From Perna viridis (taxonomy: Eukaryota), in assembly GCA_037379345.1 (NCBI GenBank), contig CM074515.1, positions 22,072,001 through 22,136,000 on the forward strand: 64,000 nucleotides of DNA, read 5' to 3'. The notes below the pieces were generated by a model. That model ran no database searches and had not been told where the DNA came from. It was given only the letters and a program-made list of their open reading frames with translations. Within the stretch, counting starts at the first letter, position 1. Each line of letters starts with the position of its first letter. This document shows, piece after piece, positions 53,246 through 64,000 of the stretch. The position numbers and the translations under genes were made by a program.

Positions 53246-55714
53246 TGTATACTGGGAAGTTTTCTTGTGTGTTTTATTTCCACTATATTTGCCATGGGTT
53301 ATTATTATACCAAAATACTGAAGAAACAAGAAAAGGAAATAGTGAACAGAACAAGTGTAGTAATGTTTTTTTTTAATAACCAGAACTATGTTGACATCGT
53401 TTAAAAAAAGTAAACTTTTACCTGGTAAAAGTACTTCAATTAATAAATTTCATTTCTGCTTGTTTACATACAAATAACAAAGTACCAATTGATGATTTTC
53501 TTCCTCGTGTCATATTTAGGTGAAAAAGAAAATGAAAATAAAACTTGACTAAAATAGTCACATTCTGCTATAACCTGCACTGCTTGCTGAACTAACTACA
53601 TGTCGGTGTGACTATTAAAAATTTTGAATAAGTTAACATGTATAGAATTTCAAAACGTCTATGCTAGAAGTTTCAGACAACAGAATTTGGTTGAAGCTGG
53701 CTATTCTACAAATATATTAAGAAATTTTAGTCCTGTCCAATTTGGCTAACAACTTTACATTTAAAGTCTTTCCACAAAATTTGAACTTTGAAAGACTGTC
53801 GTTAAAAAAAAACAAAGAGATGGCAATGACCACATTATAACTTGATTAATGAACAAATTTCTTGTGCGCTTACAAATTTATTTGTTAAAATCAACACTGA
53901 ATTCAAGAGCAACTTTATACTGACGGTCAAAGACAAGAAATTATACACACTCCCTAATGAATGTTGCCATTATCAAGGTTCCAATTATTCTCAGGGATGA
54001 TTTTATGAGGTCAATCAACAAAGAGAAAATTGGCTAAATCAGAAGTAAATATACAGTAAAAAAAAAGGGAATTGTAACAGTAAAATACTAATTTGAAATT
54101 GTGCAAATCCACAATAAGGCAGAAAAAATCCATCCCCAAAATCTTAACTTTACACAGCAGACTTGATTCAAAATTATATAACTTATCTATCTACTACAAT
54201 AAAACAATTAATAAATGGCATATGATACATTTCAACCAAAATAATGGATCACCTGAACAATGTTAAATTTATCACAGTATAACCCCAGGGAACACTCTAC
54301 AAAACAAAGTTAACTATGGAATGGTAAGAGTGACTACCACATAAATCTTAATCAAGTTTGAACTCAAAATTGAAATAAAAGATAGTAAAAATTAATATTT
54401 CTGCACTGGAAATCAAAATTAAGGAGGCTTAAAAAGTGTGGACATTTCAGTCTATAATCCTGACTGTGAAATCTTCAAATGATAACAGAAGCATACCCAT
54501 GCTAATGGCACTTACTTCAAGACTTTTTTCCTACCATATATGCTGAGAATACATTTCAATTTAATGGACGTAATTCACAAGTCACTTAATATTGAATATT
54601 TACAGCATTGGAAAAATGACAACAGATCGTCTTTTGAGACTTGGTAGATTTTTGAAAGATCAAAAAGAATAAAAATCAAAGATTCAAGGAAAATTCCGTC
54701 TGATCAAGATGGAGTGTTGCAAATTTCTTGAGACTTGACAGGAACAGATATTAGTACATTAATTCCATGTATGTCAACACTATAGATCATCACTCCATAT
54801 TAACAATTATTTTGTAGAAGTATGAATCCCCTCAGGAATGTTCTAGGCATCCAACACATGATTATCTATACATACAAAGTAGCTTAACTACAGAAATATT
54901 TGTAAAATAATTAATTGAAAAGGGTGAATAACCGTAACATGATCACGAGTGTTTAAGTACACCACGAAGTGAGGAAAACTTGTTTCGGGCAGGAGTTAAA
55001 TCTCAATGTGTTCTTGCTTCCAGTTACAATACTTAAGTTGTACAAGATAACTAATTTATTATCCTGTTGATTACATAGTAAAATTTTGTTATTTCCAAGT
55101 AAATTTTAAAATTTTGCAGATGGACATTCCAAATCATCAGTGATATCAAATAAATCTAACTTCACAATAGAAAAATTGTCATTTATCACAAGGAAACCTG
55201 AGAATTTAGTTCACATTTGAATTATCAAAATTGTCAACACAAAGACTATTCAATAATTTACTTTTATTTAATACAATACTTTCACTTCGCCCAGGGATTA
55301 TCAGGGATAGGTTTAAAAAGTAACATATTTCTTCCTAAATTGCCCAATTAGGATCTGAAGTATTATAAGATATCAATAAATATTTACAGGCAAAAATTAA
55401 CCAAGGTTAAATTAGTGAATATGATTATTTAGGTTTTGAACATTCTATGACTTCCACTGATGCATAGTAAACAATATAAGGGTGACTTTCAGCTTGGACC
55501 TCCATTCCACAATGTTAATAAAAAGTTGATGTAGTATAATATTTATGTGTCAAGTCTATTTCATTCATGGTAAGGAGTTACATGGTTGTTAACACCTATC
55601 TCTTTACACAATGTACACTTGAGACAACCAGAACTACACATTTTCAATAATAAAAAAAAAAAAACCGTAACAAACTATTTTACCATTATGAACTACACAG
55701 GCAAATGTGCCACA

Positions 55715-55955
55715 CGAGAATCATATGGTTTGCATCATATGATTATAATATGAATCGAGCACCATACGATAATCATATGTTTCAGTTAACATATGATAAT
55801 CGCATGGTTATCATATGATAATCACGTTTTTCACAAACATATTATCATATGTTTTCAAGCCCATATTATCATATGATCATCAAGATAAATATTATATGAT
55901 TTTCATATGATTACCATGATTATCATATGAATCAAGCACCATATGATTATCATTA
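55715..55955. repeat. Low-complexity palindromic ATCATATGAT repeat cluster
   Basis: More than ten atcatatg/catatgat motifs within ~240 bp. Confidence 0.7.
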
Positions 55956-57780
55956 CAACTGCATTGAAATGAAATAAACTACAATGACTACTTTTAAGTA
56001 GTAGTCTTTGTAAAAATCATGCATATCTATAATATGTGATACACCCCAAAAAGGCTACACAATACTTTTTTTGTTATTGCGTTGCTTCATAGGTCTATAT
56101 GATGAAATGTATAATTATTCATTCAAATCTATCTGCTTTTGGGAGATGATCCATATTGAAAGTCTAACAGTATCTATTGTATTTTAGTATCATTTACATG
56201 TTATCTTCCATAATTTTGTATTCTACAGTACATTCTATACAATTCTTTTCTGCTAAGAACATTGGTTATATGGAAAACCACATGTTAATTTCTGTTTACT
56301 ATAACATTATAAACAAAATATCAAAAATAAAAATATGTGGGCTTTCCAACCATGTATCATATTTTGCATGATTCTTATGTGGAGTGCCACTTAATAACTT
56401 TTTATACAACAAAACATGTATGTACAAAACAAAACAAAAGTTAGCACCATCAGTAAACAACATGACACATGACAACTTTACTTCATTCAACAAAATCAAA
56501 TCATTTAAATTTTGTTACTCTACATATTTACCTATCAGACTTCAGCCATTCAATATTATTTCTTTGTTAATCAGGTTCACCATCACTTTAAAGTAAATAA
56601 GTTACCTTACTGTTTTTGATGAAAATCATGCAATGACAATTTTACTAAAACATATCATTTCACACTTGGTTAATCTATATATTTATTATTTTCATGTGTG
56701 GCTGTATAAGTTGAACAAATATTTTCAATTTAGGGAAACACTTTCCCAAGAACAAATTGGTGACTATCTAACCAATGTTAACCTAAATTACACTTAAAGT
56801 AACCAGGTCTACAGCCCGAGTCATTAATAACCACTAGCCTTATGCCCTAGTCAAGTACAAAAAAATGATTGGGCCAGTGGAAATTCAACGGAAAATTGCA
56901 TACTTACAGTATACAAAACTAAAGTTTCCTGTATCATAGCCTACCAGTTCTCAAAATTTTTCCCAAAATTACATTTTCATAGACATGGGCCATTAATAGT
57001 ATCACACACACTATACAAGGGGTTATCCAGGTATTTTTGGAAATGCTTAACTCAGGCATTTTAGGAAATAAAATATCAACAAATTTGCCAATTGGGAGTC
57101 ATAATTTTGGTATAATTTTCTTTGGGAGTGTCCTTTTACAGTATCCTGCTGAATGCTAGAAAAATCCATGCTATACTAATACAAGAAAACTGTTTTTCAG
57201 GCTAGTAGCTGAACATTTCTGCACCATCTATTCCTAACATTGACTTCCATTTCTTATCATTGTAGAAAAAAAACTCAGCAAATTATTTTTTTAAATTTTA
57301 CTTCCAATAAGGCAGAGCAGATCACTAGACCAGTTACCATATAAGATGTGACAAGGCATTGAATTTAAAGACAAACTGAAAGTGTTATATACAATATGAC
57401 AATAAAACTGTACCCAACAAATGAGTAAGTACATACTATTTCAGAAATAACAAAAAAAGCATCTATGATTCCAAAATGCCAACTTTTCATCACAAAAACT
57501 AAAAAACTGACATATCATATATAAGTAAATTTTGTATTGTATTAATTACTAAGTCCATAAAACATCTGGAAATAATTCAGGTTTATATCTAAGAACTGGT
57601 AAGATGTAAGCAGTAAGCCATTGGTCTGTTAAAAAAACAACAGTTCTGTCATGCTTGGAGAATTTAAGCTTGGTAAATATTCCAGCAATCACATAAGATT
57701 GTAAAAAATTAGTCCTGAAATTAAAACAACTGAGAACAATTCTAAACAATAAGATGTAAAATGAAACTACAAACAAAGCA

Positions 57781-60700
57781 CTACTTGTTTATCTGTATCT
57801 TCTTGGTAACAATTTCTATACATGGTTGGAGTTCATTGTTCACTTCTACAGCACTTTCAATTCTAAAATATAAAATCAATTCACATAAACATTATAAACA
57901 TCAGTGACTGTTGTAGTTGACAGCATTGTCCACATTAGTTATTGTTGTAGTTGACAGTATTGTCCACATTAGTTACTTTTCATTTGCACTGCTATTGTAA
58001 ACACAATGTAAACTCTTATCATAGAGACATGTCTGTTCTAATGCACATGGATGCTGTCTTTCAAAACTTGACTGATGGTGACATTGTTACTAATTCTATA
58101 TATTATGGACAGCTTATAATATTAATACAACCATTTGATACTACCAAAGTGGATAGATACCTTAGGTACATTCTATTGTTTGCATCTTTAGAACTTTGAC
58201 TATGGGGGCATATGTATCAGACATGGAACTGTGAAGTACTGATGCTAATGCAACTGCAAACTAAATATAATTGACCTAGTATAAGTGGGTCATACTTAAC
58301 TGACCTAAAAAGAAAACTTAATACGGTAATCTTTAAGTGAAATTTGAAACTTTGAAATTAGAAGATACAGAATTGTGATAGTGATGCTAATGCAATTGTA
58401 TACCAAATATGATTGACCTAGTACAAGTGGTTCATAACAAAGTGACCTAATCAGAAAACTTAACATGAAAATCTTTACGTGGATGGCAACGCTGGAAAAG
58501 TAATACCTTAGTCTCGCCTTTCAGGCCTTTCACGGTCAAGACAATCAAAATAAATCATATACCTGTAATGGTTACCATATGTATACTGTCTACATAAATT
58601 GTATACATGTAACAGATACAGTATATACTGTTTATATAGATTGTATACCTGTAATGGTTACCGTATTTACTAGTTATATAAATCATATACCAGTAATGGT
58701 TATCGTATATACTGGTTATATAAATCAAATACCTGTAATGGCTACCGTATATACTGTTTATATGAATTGTATACCTGTAATGGTTACCATATATAAATCG
58801 TATACCTGTAATGGCTACGGTATATACTGTTTATATAGATTGTATATCTGTAATGGTTACCATATTCACTGGTTATATAAATTGTACACCAGTAATGGTT
58901 ATCGTATATAATGATTATATAAATCGTATACCTTTAATGGCTATGGTATATACTGTTTATATAAATTGTATACCTGTAATGGCTACGGTATATACTGTAT
59001 ATAAATCGTATACCTGTTTATAAATATTGTATACCTGTAATGGTTACCATATATACTGTATATAAATTGTATACCTGTAATGGTTACAGTGTCTACTTGG
59101 ATTTTTGGGACTAAATTTTTAACTGCTGGCAAGGGTTCTAACTTATAGATGAGATCTAGCTTATGAACTAAAATTTTCAGCTTGAAAATGTCAAAAGTTT
59201 GATGATTGACATGAGCAGCCAGACCAGTGCTGTTTACCCCAATGTTATTTTAATTCAGTTTTAAGTAGATTTTCTTCATCTTTCACCTTTTACAGCTAAA
59301 ATATGATGCAATAAAAAAATATTTAATGTTTAGTCTTTATTTTGCCACAATACTGGTCTTTATGATCTTGTTCATGTTTCCCACTCGTCCATTTTGTGTA
59401 CTGATTTTTTACCTGTGAACACTCATATGGCCAAAAACTCAAAGATGTAATAGAAACATGACCCAATAATTTGTGGCAAAAGAAATCAATATCTTAGTTG
59501 GCTATGACAATTCCTTTTATGCATTTCGAATATAGTTATCGAATTATACTTGAGTACATGCGGTAGCAATTTTTCTTTCCTTATATGAATAGCTGTGTTT
59601 TCAAAGTTTTGAAAAAAAAAAAAATACTATACATTCAGACCAGTTAAGTAGTGCAATTGACTGGTCGGAATATGATTTTACTGGACCTTCACCTTAAAAA
59701 TTAAAATCTCAGATATATGATCAATACCTGACTTCTGGTTCAAATGATATTTTCCCGGTACTGACCGTCAAACAGATGAACTTTGTTAAGACTGTGAATA
59801 GCTTCATTTCATATAAACATGACCATTTGTCAAAACATTTTTTTAAAAAAGTTATACCTCTCTTTCAAATCTTCATAAGCTTCTTTACCCAGATCACTTT
59901 CCTTCAGTGACTTTTTGAACTGTGTAGCCAATGTTCTGTAACACATTTCTCTACTTTTGTTGTGAGCTATATTATCCCAATCAGGTGTTTGTTGGACAAC
60001 ATCCCAGGCCTCTAAAATATATTCCATACTGGCTTCCCAAGATCCTGCATCCAGTAGTTGCTTCCCTTGGTTAATGCAAGTACGCTGTAAAGAATGAAAA
60101 TATAATAACAGCACCCATTTTGCAGCAGTATTTGACTCCTTTTTTCACAAAAATCTTCCTTGTGACAACAGTGTGTACAATTAAATGAACAATAATTTAT
60201 TAAAAAAATTATAAAGTTTTAGTAAACCATTAATATTAATATTATACACTATTTATATAGCGCTATATATAGTTTAACATTACCCTAAGAGCTTCACAAC
60301 CAAGCAAATTTTAAATATAAATTACTAACATATAAAAAAGCCTGTAAAATTTAGTGTAAAAAAAAACATTAGAACAGACCTAGCGAAATCATTTTTCAAC
60401 CTGTAGGACATTTGGTCCGGCAACCCAACAAAATCTGCTGGACCAAAATCATTTCTCTTGATTTTAAATTTGCCTCTATTCGGACGCCATCTTTAAACTG
60501 GAAGTTCCAGTTGAGGTGTGTCTAATAAAAAAAAACATACCAGACATCTGGTCCGGAAATCATGCAAATTTTACTGGACCGGCGGCTAAAAGTACCGGTC
60601 ATGTCTGACGGTCTGACGAGTTTCACCATGACTGGCATTAGAAGACTAATAATTTAAATAAAATTTGAAATTATCACAATGTGACGTTCACTTTTCCAAA

Positions 60701-63700
60701 TAAGCTAGGTGTGAAAAGTAAGATAGTATGATCAAACAATTTACTCTGAAAATATAAGCAATAAAAATTTAATCTTGTAATAACAATAAGAAAAATAAAC
60801 ACAATCACAGAATCAGATATAAAATGCCATAAATATACAAACACTTAAAAAAAAAGTAACCACTATAAAATTACATATATTCAGCAAAAGCAAGTCTGAA
60901 AAAATAGGTCTTAACTTTTTTTTTTAATTTCTAGGGACTTATCATTTAGCAAGACAGATACTCGATGGTAAACTATTCCATAGTGTTGATGCTGCTTTAT
61001 TGAACTGTCTATCTCCATGTAACTCTTGGTGTTGATAGTACCATGAAATTCTCAGAACAGAGTGATCTTGATGGAACATGTATCAAATTTTGAAGATAAA
61101 CAGGGGCTTGCCCACACAAAACTTTAAACTTATAGATCAGAAGTTTGTATTGGCATCTACAGTTTACAGGTAGCCACAGCACGAGTTCAGGTGTGATGTG
61201 ATCGTACTTTCTCTTCCATTTGACAAGCCGTGCTGCATTGTTTAGAACTTTTGTAATTTTGATATAACACTGTTGTTTATACCATGTAGAAGAGTGTTAC
61301 TATAGTCCATTCATGGTGTTACAACAAGAGTTTTACACATGTTTTCTGACAAGTATGTCATCGTAATTGAGCATAACATGATTTTAAAAATCCTTACTGC
61401 ACTGTACAAACAGTCTACATTTCAGAAAGAGAAAATATCTAAATACACAAAGAAAATCCATGAAACTTTAAACAAGAGGCTCCCAGGAGCCTGAATCTCT
61501 CACCTGGTTAGATTTTTGCATTCCAAAGGAAATAACTTTGGCAAGGAGTTGTCTGACAACTTTGACTCAAAAGACTTTGGGAGGACTTATAATAAGTATC
61601 ATTTCATCAATTGAAAGTTTCTGTTTCTATCATAGTTTTCAAGATATTGGCTGAAAACTGCTAAAACATCATTTTTTTGTCTTTCAAGAACAATAACTCT
61701 TGACAAGGAGTCTTTTGACAATTTGATCCCCGCAGACTTTTGTACACCTATAAGGATCATTTCAGAATCTATCTATCATAGTTTTCAAGATATTGGCTGA
61801 AAACTGTAAAAAGAATGTCATTTTTCACCTTGTAATAAGGATCATTTTGGCTAAAAATAATGGTTTTGGAGATATATGGGAAAAACTTCTATCTAACCCA
61901 AATGCTCTATTCTTAAAAGCAGCCATGTTTTGCAATGGATAAAAAAAAATCCCCACATAAGTTCTATGCAGAATACCCTTAGAAACATTCATACCAAAAA
62001 TGGATCCAATTTGTCAAGAAATGTCAGAGCAGTGTTCTAGGATTCCTATTTCCCGTTACCCGGGGCAAGTGAAATTTGGGTCAGGAAAAGTTAGTGCTTA
62101 GTTATACTCTCCCATGGCAAGTTGAAAACTTCATATGCTGTAAGGATTTGTTTTGTTAGGAAAGCAGTCATTGACTGTGGAAAAAGTTGATTTTATATGG
62201 ATTATTCCTGAGGAAACCTCAATTTCAGAAAACTGCAGAGGAGATTTAAAATGAAAAAAACATATAAGAGCAAAAAATGTTGAAAAAGAGTAATAACTCC
62301 AAAACAGCTTAACAGATCAAAACGAACATTTGACTACAGATAGGTCTATTCATGATAAAACACTTTTATCCATGTCAAAATTTGGCTTAAAACTAACAAT
62401 ATTGGAGATATATGTGAAAAACTTTTATCTTACTCATATGCTCTATTCTCGGTAATGGCGGCCATGTTTTGCAATGGATCAAAAATCCCCACATCAGTTC
62501 TATGTAGGATATCCCAAGGAACATTCGGTTCTAACTGGTCAAGTAGTGTCAGGGGAGAAGAGTTTAGAAGCATTGTTAACAACAACGCCGATGACGTCCG
62601 CTAAGTGATAGCAATAGCTCACATGGCCTATGGCGAGGTGAGATAAAAAGTAGCATATTTTCCAGACTCAAGAAAAAATGTTAACCTACAATGCATTTCA
62701 TTAGATTTGTTTAGTTCACTTTTGATTGCTTTAAGTTTTTATTGCATTTAGTTATCTAAATGGCTAACTGCAACAAAATTTGCAGGTGACAATTATTTTT
62801 TATTGTATTTTGTATACCAGGTAATACTATTTATTAATTACCGCTCGTAACTATGACCAATTCATAAAACGAACGAGTTTGACATGTTACGATTTTGTAC
62901 ACCTGATGATCTAAGGCTTCAGAGCCATTGCCACACTACTCAATAAAAAATAATTTAACTCACGGTCGAAGTACACTTTAACAAAAACAGAGATATTATT
63001 TAATTCAGAAATATTATACATCACTGGAATAATATACTGTTGAAAACAAACCGCTCAAATCGGATCTTCGCTGACACCTACTGAATAAATGCATGTCTGA
63101 CCCTCGACTTATGTCTGTTTTTTTTGTCGATTTTTGTCAAAATTAGGCAATTCGACTTATAGTTAGGAAAATACGGTAAAATGTTTAAGTTGCAGTAATA
63201 ATTTTGGAAAAACAAGACAATATTATAATTTGGTGTGACCTCAACATATCTTAAATAATATATTCCATTCACCTTAAAATTTTCAACATGGGTTTTGACT
63301 CTTCTAAAGCAGAATGCATCCCTGCTGGACCCATATTTGGTATAGGGTAGAGACTTGAAGATATTCTTCTTGAAATGTTCTAGATTTTGTATCAAATTGT
63401 CAATATCTGGCTTTGGAATGCTCTTTTCAACTTCCTAAAAGTAAAAACATAATATTCAATATTTAATAACAAACAGAGACTCAAGAAATAAATATTGAAT
63501 AAGATAAGGGCTATTTTGTGGATTCAGCTTCACAATGTATTTCATTTGACTAGTTAATTCTTTTGTTTCATTTCTTCCAAAAATGATGCTTTCTTTAGGA
63601 TTAAAAAGTTGAAAAAAGTAAGTGGTATACACGGAAGAATACAGTACTTTTGTTCCAAAAATTAATTGATGCATAAAATCAGACAATTCACTCACAAACA

Positions 63701-64000
63701 AATAATTGTCTGAAGGACTTGCCTGTCAAAATTGTGGGAAACTGACTGATTTCACAAACATAATTCTAGAAAAGCCATATTATTCCTATTACAAAAACAC
63801 AAAATATATCTTGGAATTTTGCATTTGAAGGGAAATTACTCATACAAAATTCAGTACTTGTGAACTAGCCATCATCACTTATTCTTCTAATTTTGTGAAA
63901 TCAGTATTAAAGGAATATTCTAAGGTATTTTCTTACATCCTGTAATTCTGGATTACTAGTGATTAGTTTCTCTATCATTCCTGCCAACTGCTCTGAACTA
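57781..64000 (-). CDS. Cut8/Sts1-family nuclear proteasome tethering factor, 5'-incomplete
   Basis: Exons >64000-63937, 63434-63273, 60084-59858, 57862-57781 (TAG) join in frame: SSEQLAGMIEKLITSNPELQDEVEKSIPKPDIDNLIQNLEHFKKNIFKSLPYTKYGSSRDAFCFRRVKTHVENFK..AWDVVQQTPDWDNIAHNKSREMCYRTL. This matches the recalled Cut8/Sts1 pattern (L..L..HP.L....P.P..; SLPY..D...RV..H; P.W.N..HN..+..C). Confidence 0.78.
58550..59087. repeat. 42-bp minisatellite (~13 copies) in the last Cut8-like intron
   Basis: Unit ttgtatacctgtaatggttaccgtatatactgtttatataaa; acc(t/a)gtaatgg at 58647, 58689, 58731 and 58773. Some copies are deleted. Confidence 0.92.
60233..61420 (-). mobile_element. Degenerate 3' fragment of an L2-type LINE in a Cut8-like intron
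   Basis: Minus-strand remnants MDYSNTLLHGI, NAARLVKWKRKYDHITP, WLPV, GQAPVYL and FNKAASTLWNSLP are typical of the L2 ORF2 C-terminus. A 3'-end-like agcgctatataaat..tattaat lies near 60240-60270. Interrupted by a MITE. Confidence 0.7.
60375..60634. mobile_element. hAT-like MITE nested in the L2 fragment
   Basis: CAG..CTG termini with an imperfect TIR (cagacctagcgaaa vs cagtcatggtgaaa). Flanking repeat cattagaa at 60367-60374 and 60636-60643; internal ggtccgg motifs. Confidence 0.65.
61470..62649 (-). mobile_element. HINE-like element with internal repeats and a probable nested insertion
   Basis: aacaagaggctcccaggagcctg..ctcacctg at the left; gatagcaatagctcacatggcctatggcgaggtgagataaaaa at the right. 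Duplicated internal blocks (gccatgttttgcaatggat..aaaaatcccca at ~61922 and ~62461) also resemble 52030-52130. Confidence 0.7.

Noticed and set aside
53400-57780. Additional gene or RT remnant downstream of the Cut8-like stop
   Set aside because: I could not find a coherent reading frame or motif; more likely 3' UTR or intergenic sequence with decayed repeats.
58579-59023. ORFs with a 14-aa repeat (IPVMVTVYTVYINC)
   Set aside because: Translation artefact of the 42-bp minisatellite, antisense within an intron.

Overview
AT-rich, intron-containing animal genomic DNA. The repeat families (HINE/Helentron-like satellite carriers, GGATCC MITEs, abundant TACATGTA) suggest a bivalve mollusc, probably oyster-like; this is inference. 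I assembled five protein-coding genes by hand from GT-AG junctions with consistent phases. (1) A minus-strand DNAAF8/C16orf71(Daap1)-like gene that runs off the left edge. (2) A complete 12-coding-exon ANKS3 orthologue, head-to-head with gene 1, the same divergent arrangement I recall for human 16p13.3. (3,4) A tandem pair of nearly intronless ~1200-aa TRP channels. They combine a TRPV-type linker/pore/TRP-box core with a TRPA-like array of ~17-19 ankyrin repeats and a C-terminal coiled coil, and they have oppositely charged tails. (5) The 3' part of a minus-strand Cut8/Sts1-family gene that runs off the right edge. Mobile DNA comprises a decayed near-full-length RTE-X-like LINE between the TRP genes, a 5'-truncated RTE LINE with TSD, an L2 fragment, piggyBac/hAT/Tc1-type MITEs and several Helentron-like elements. 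The most notable items are the long-ankyrin TRPV-like channel pair, the ANKS3-DNAAF8 microsynteny, and tandem arrays that grew out of ANKS3 exon/5'-splice-site junctions. No searches were run; family calls rest on recalled motifs.
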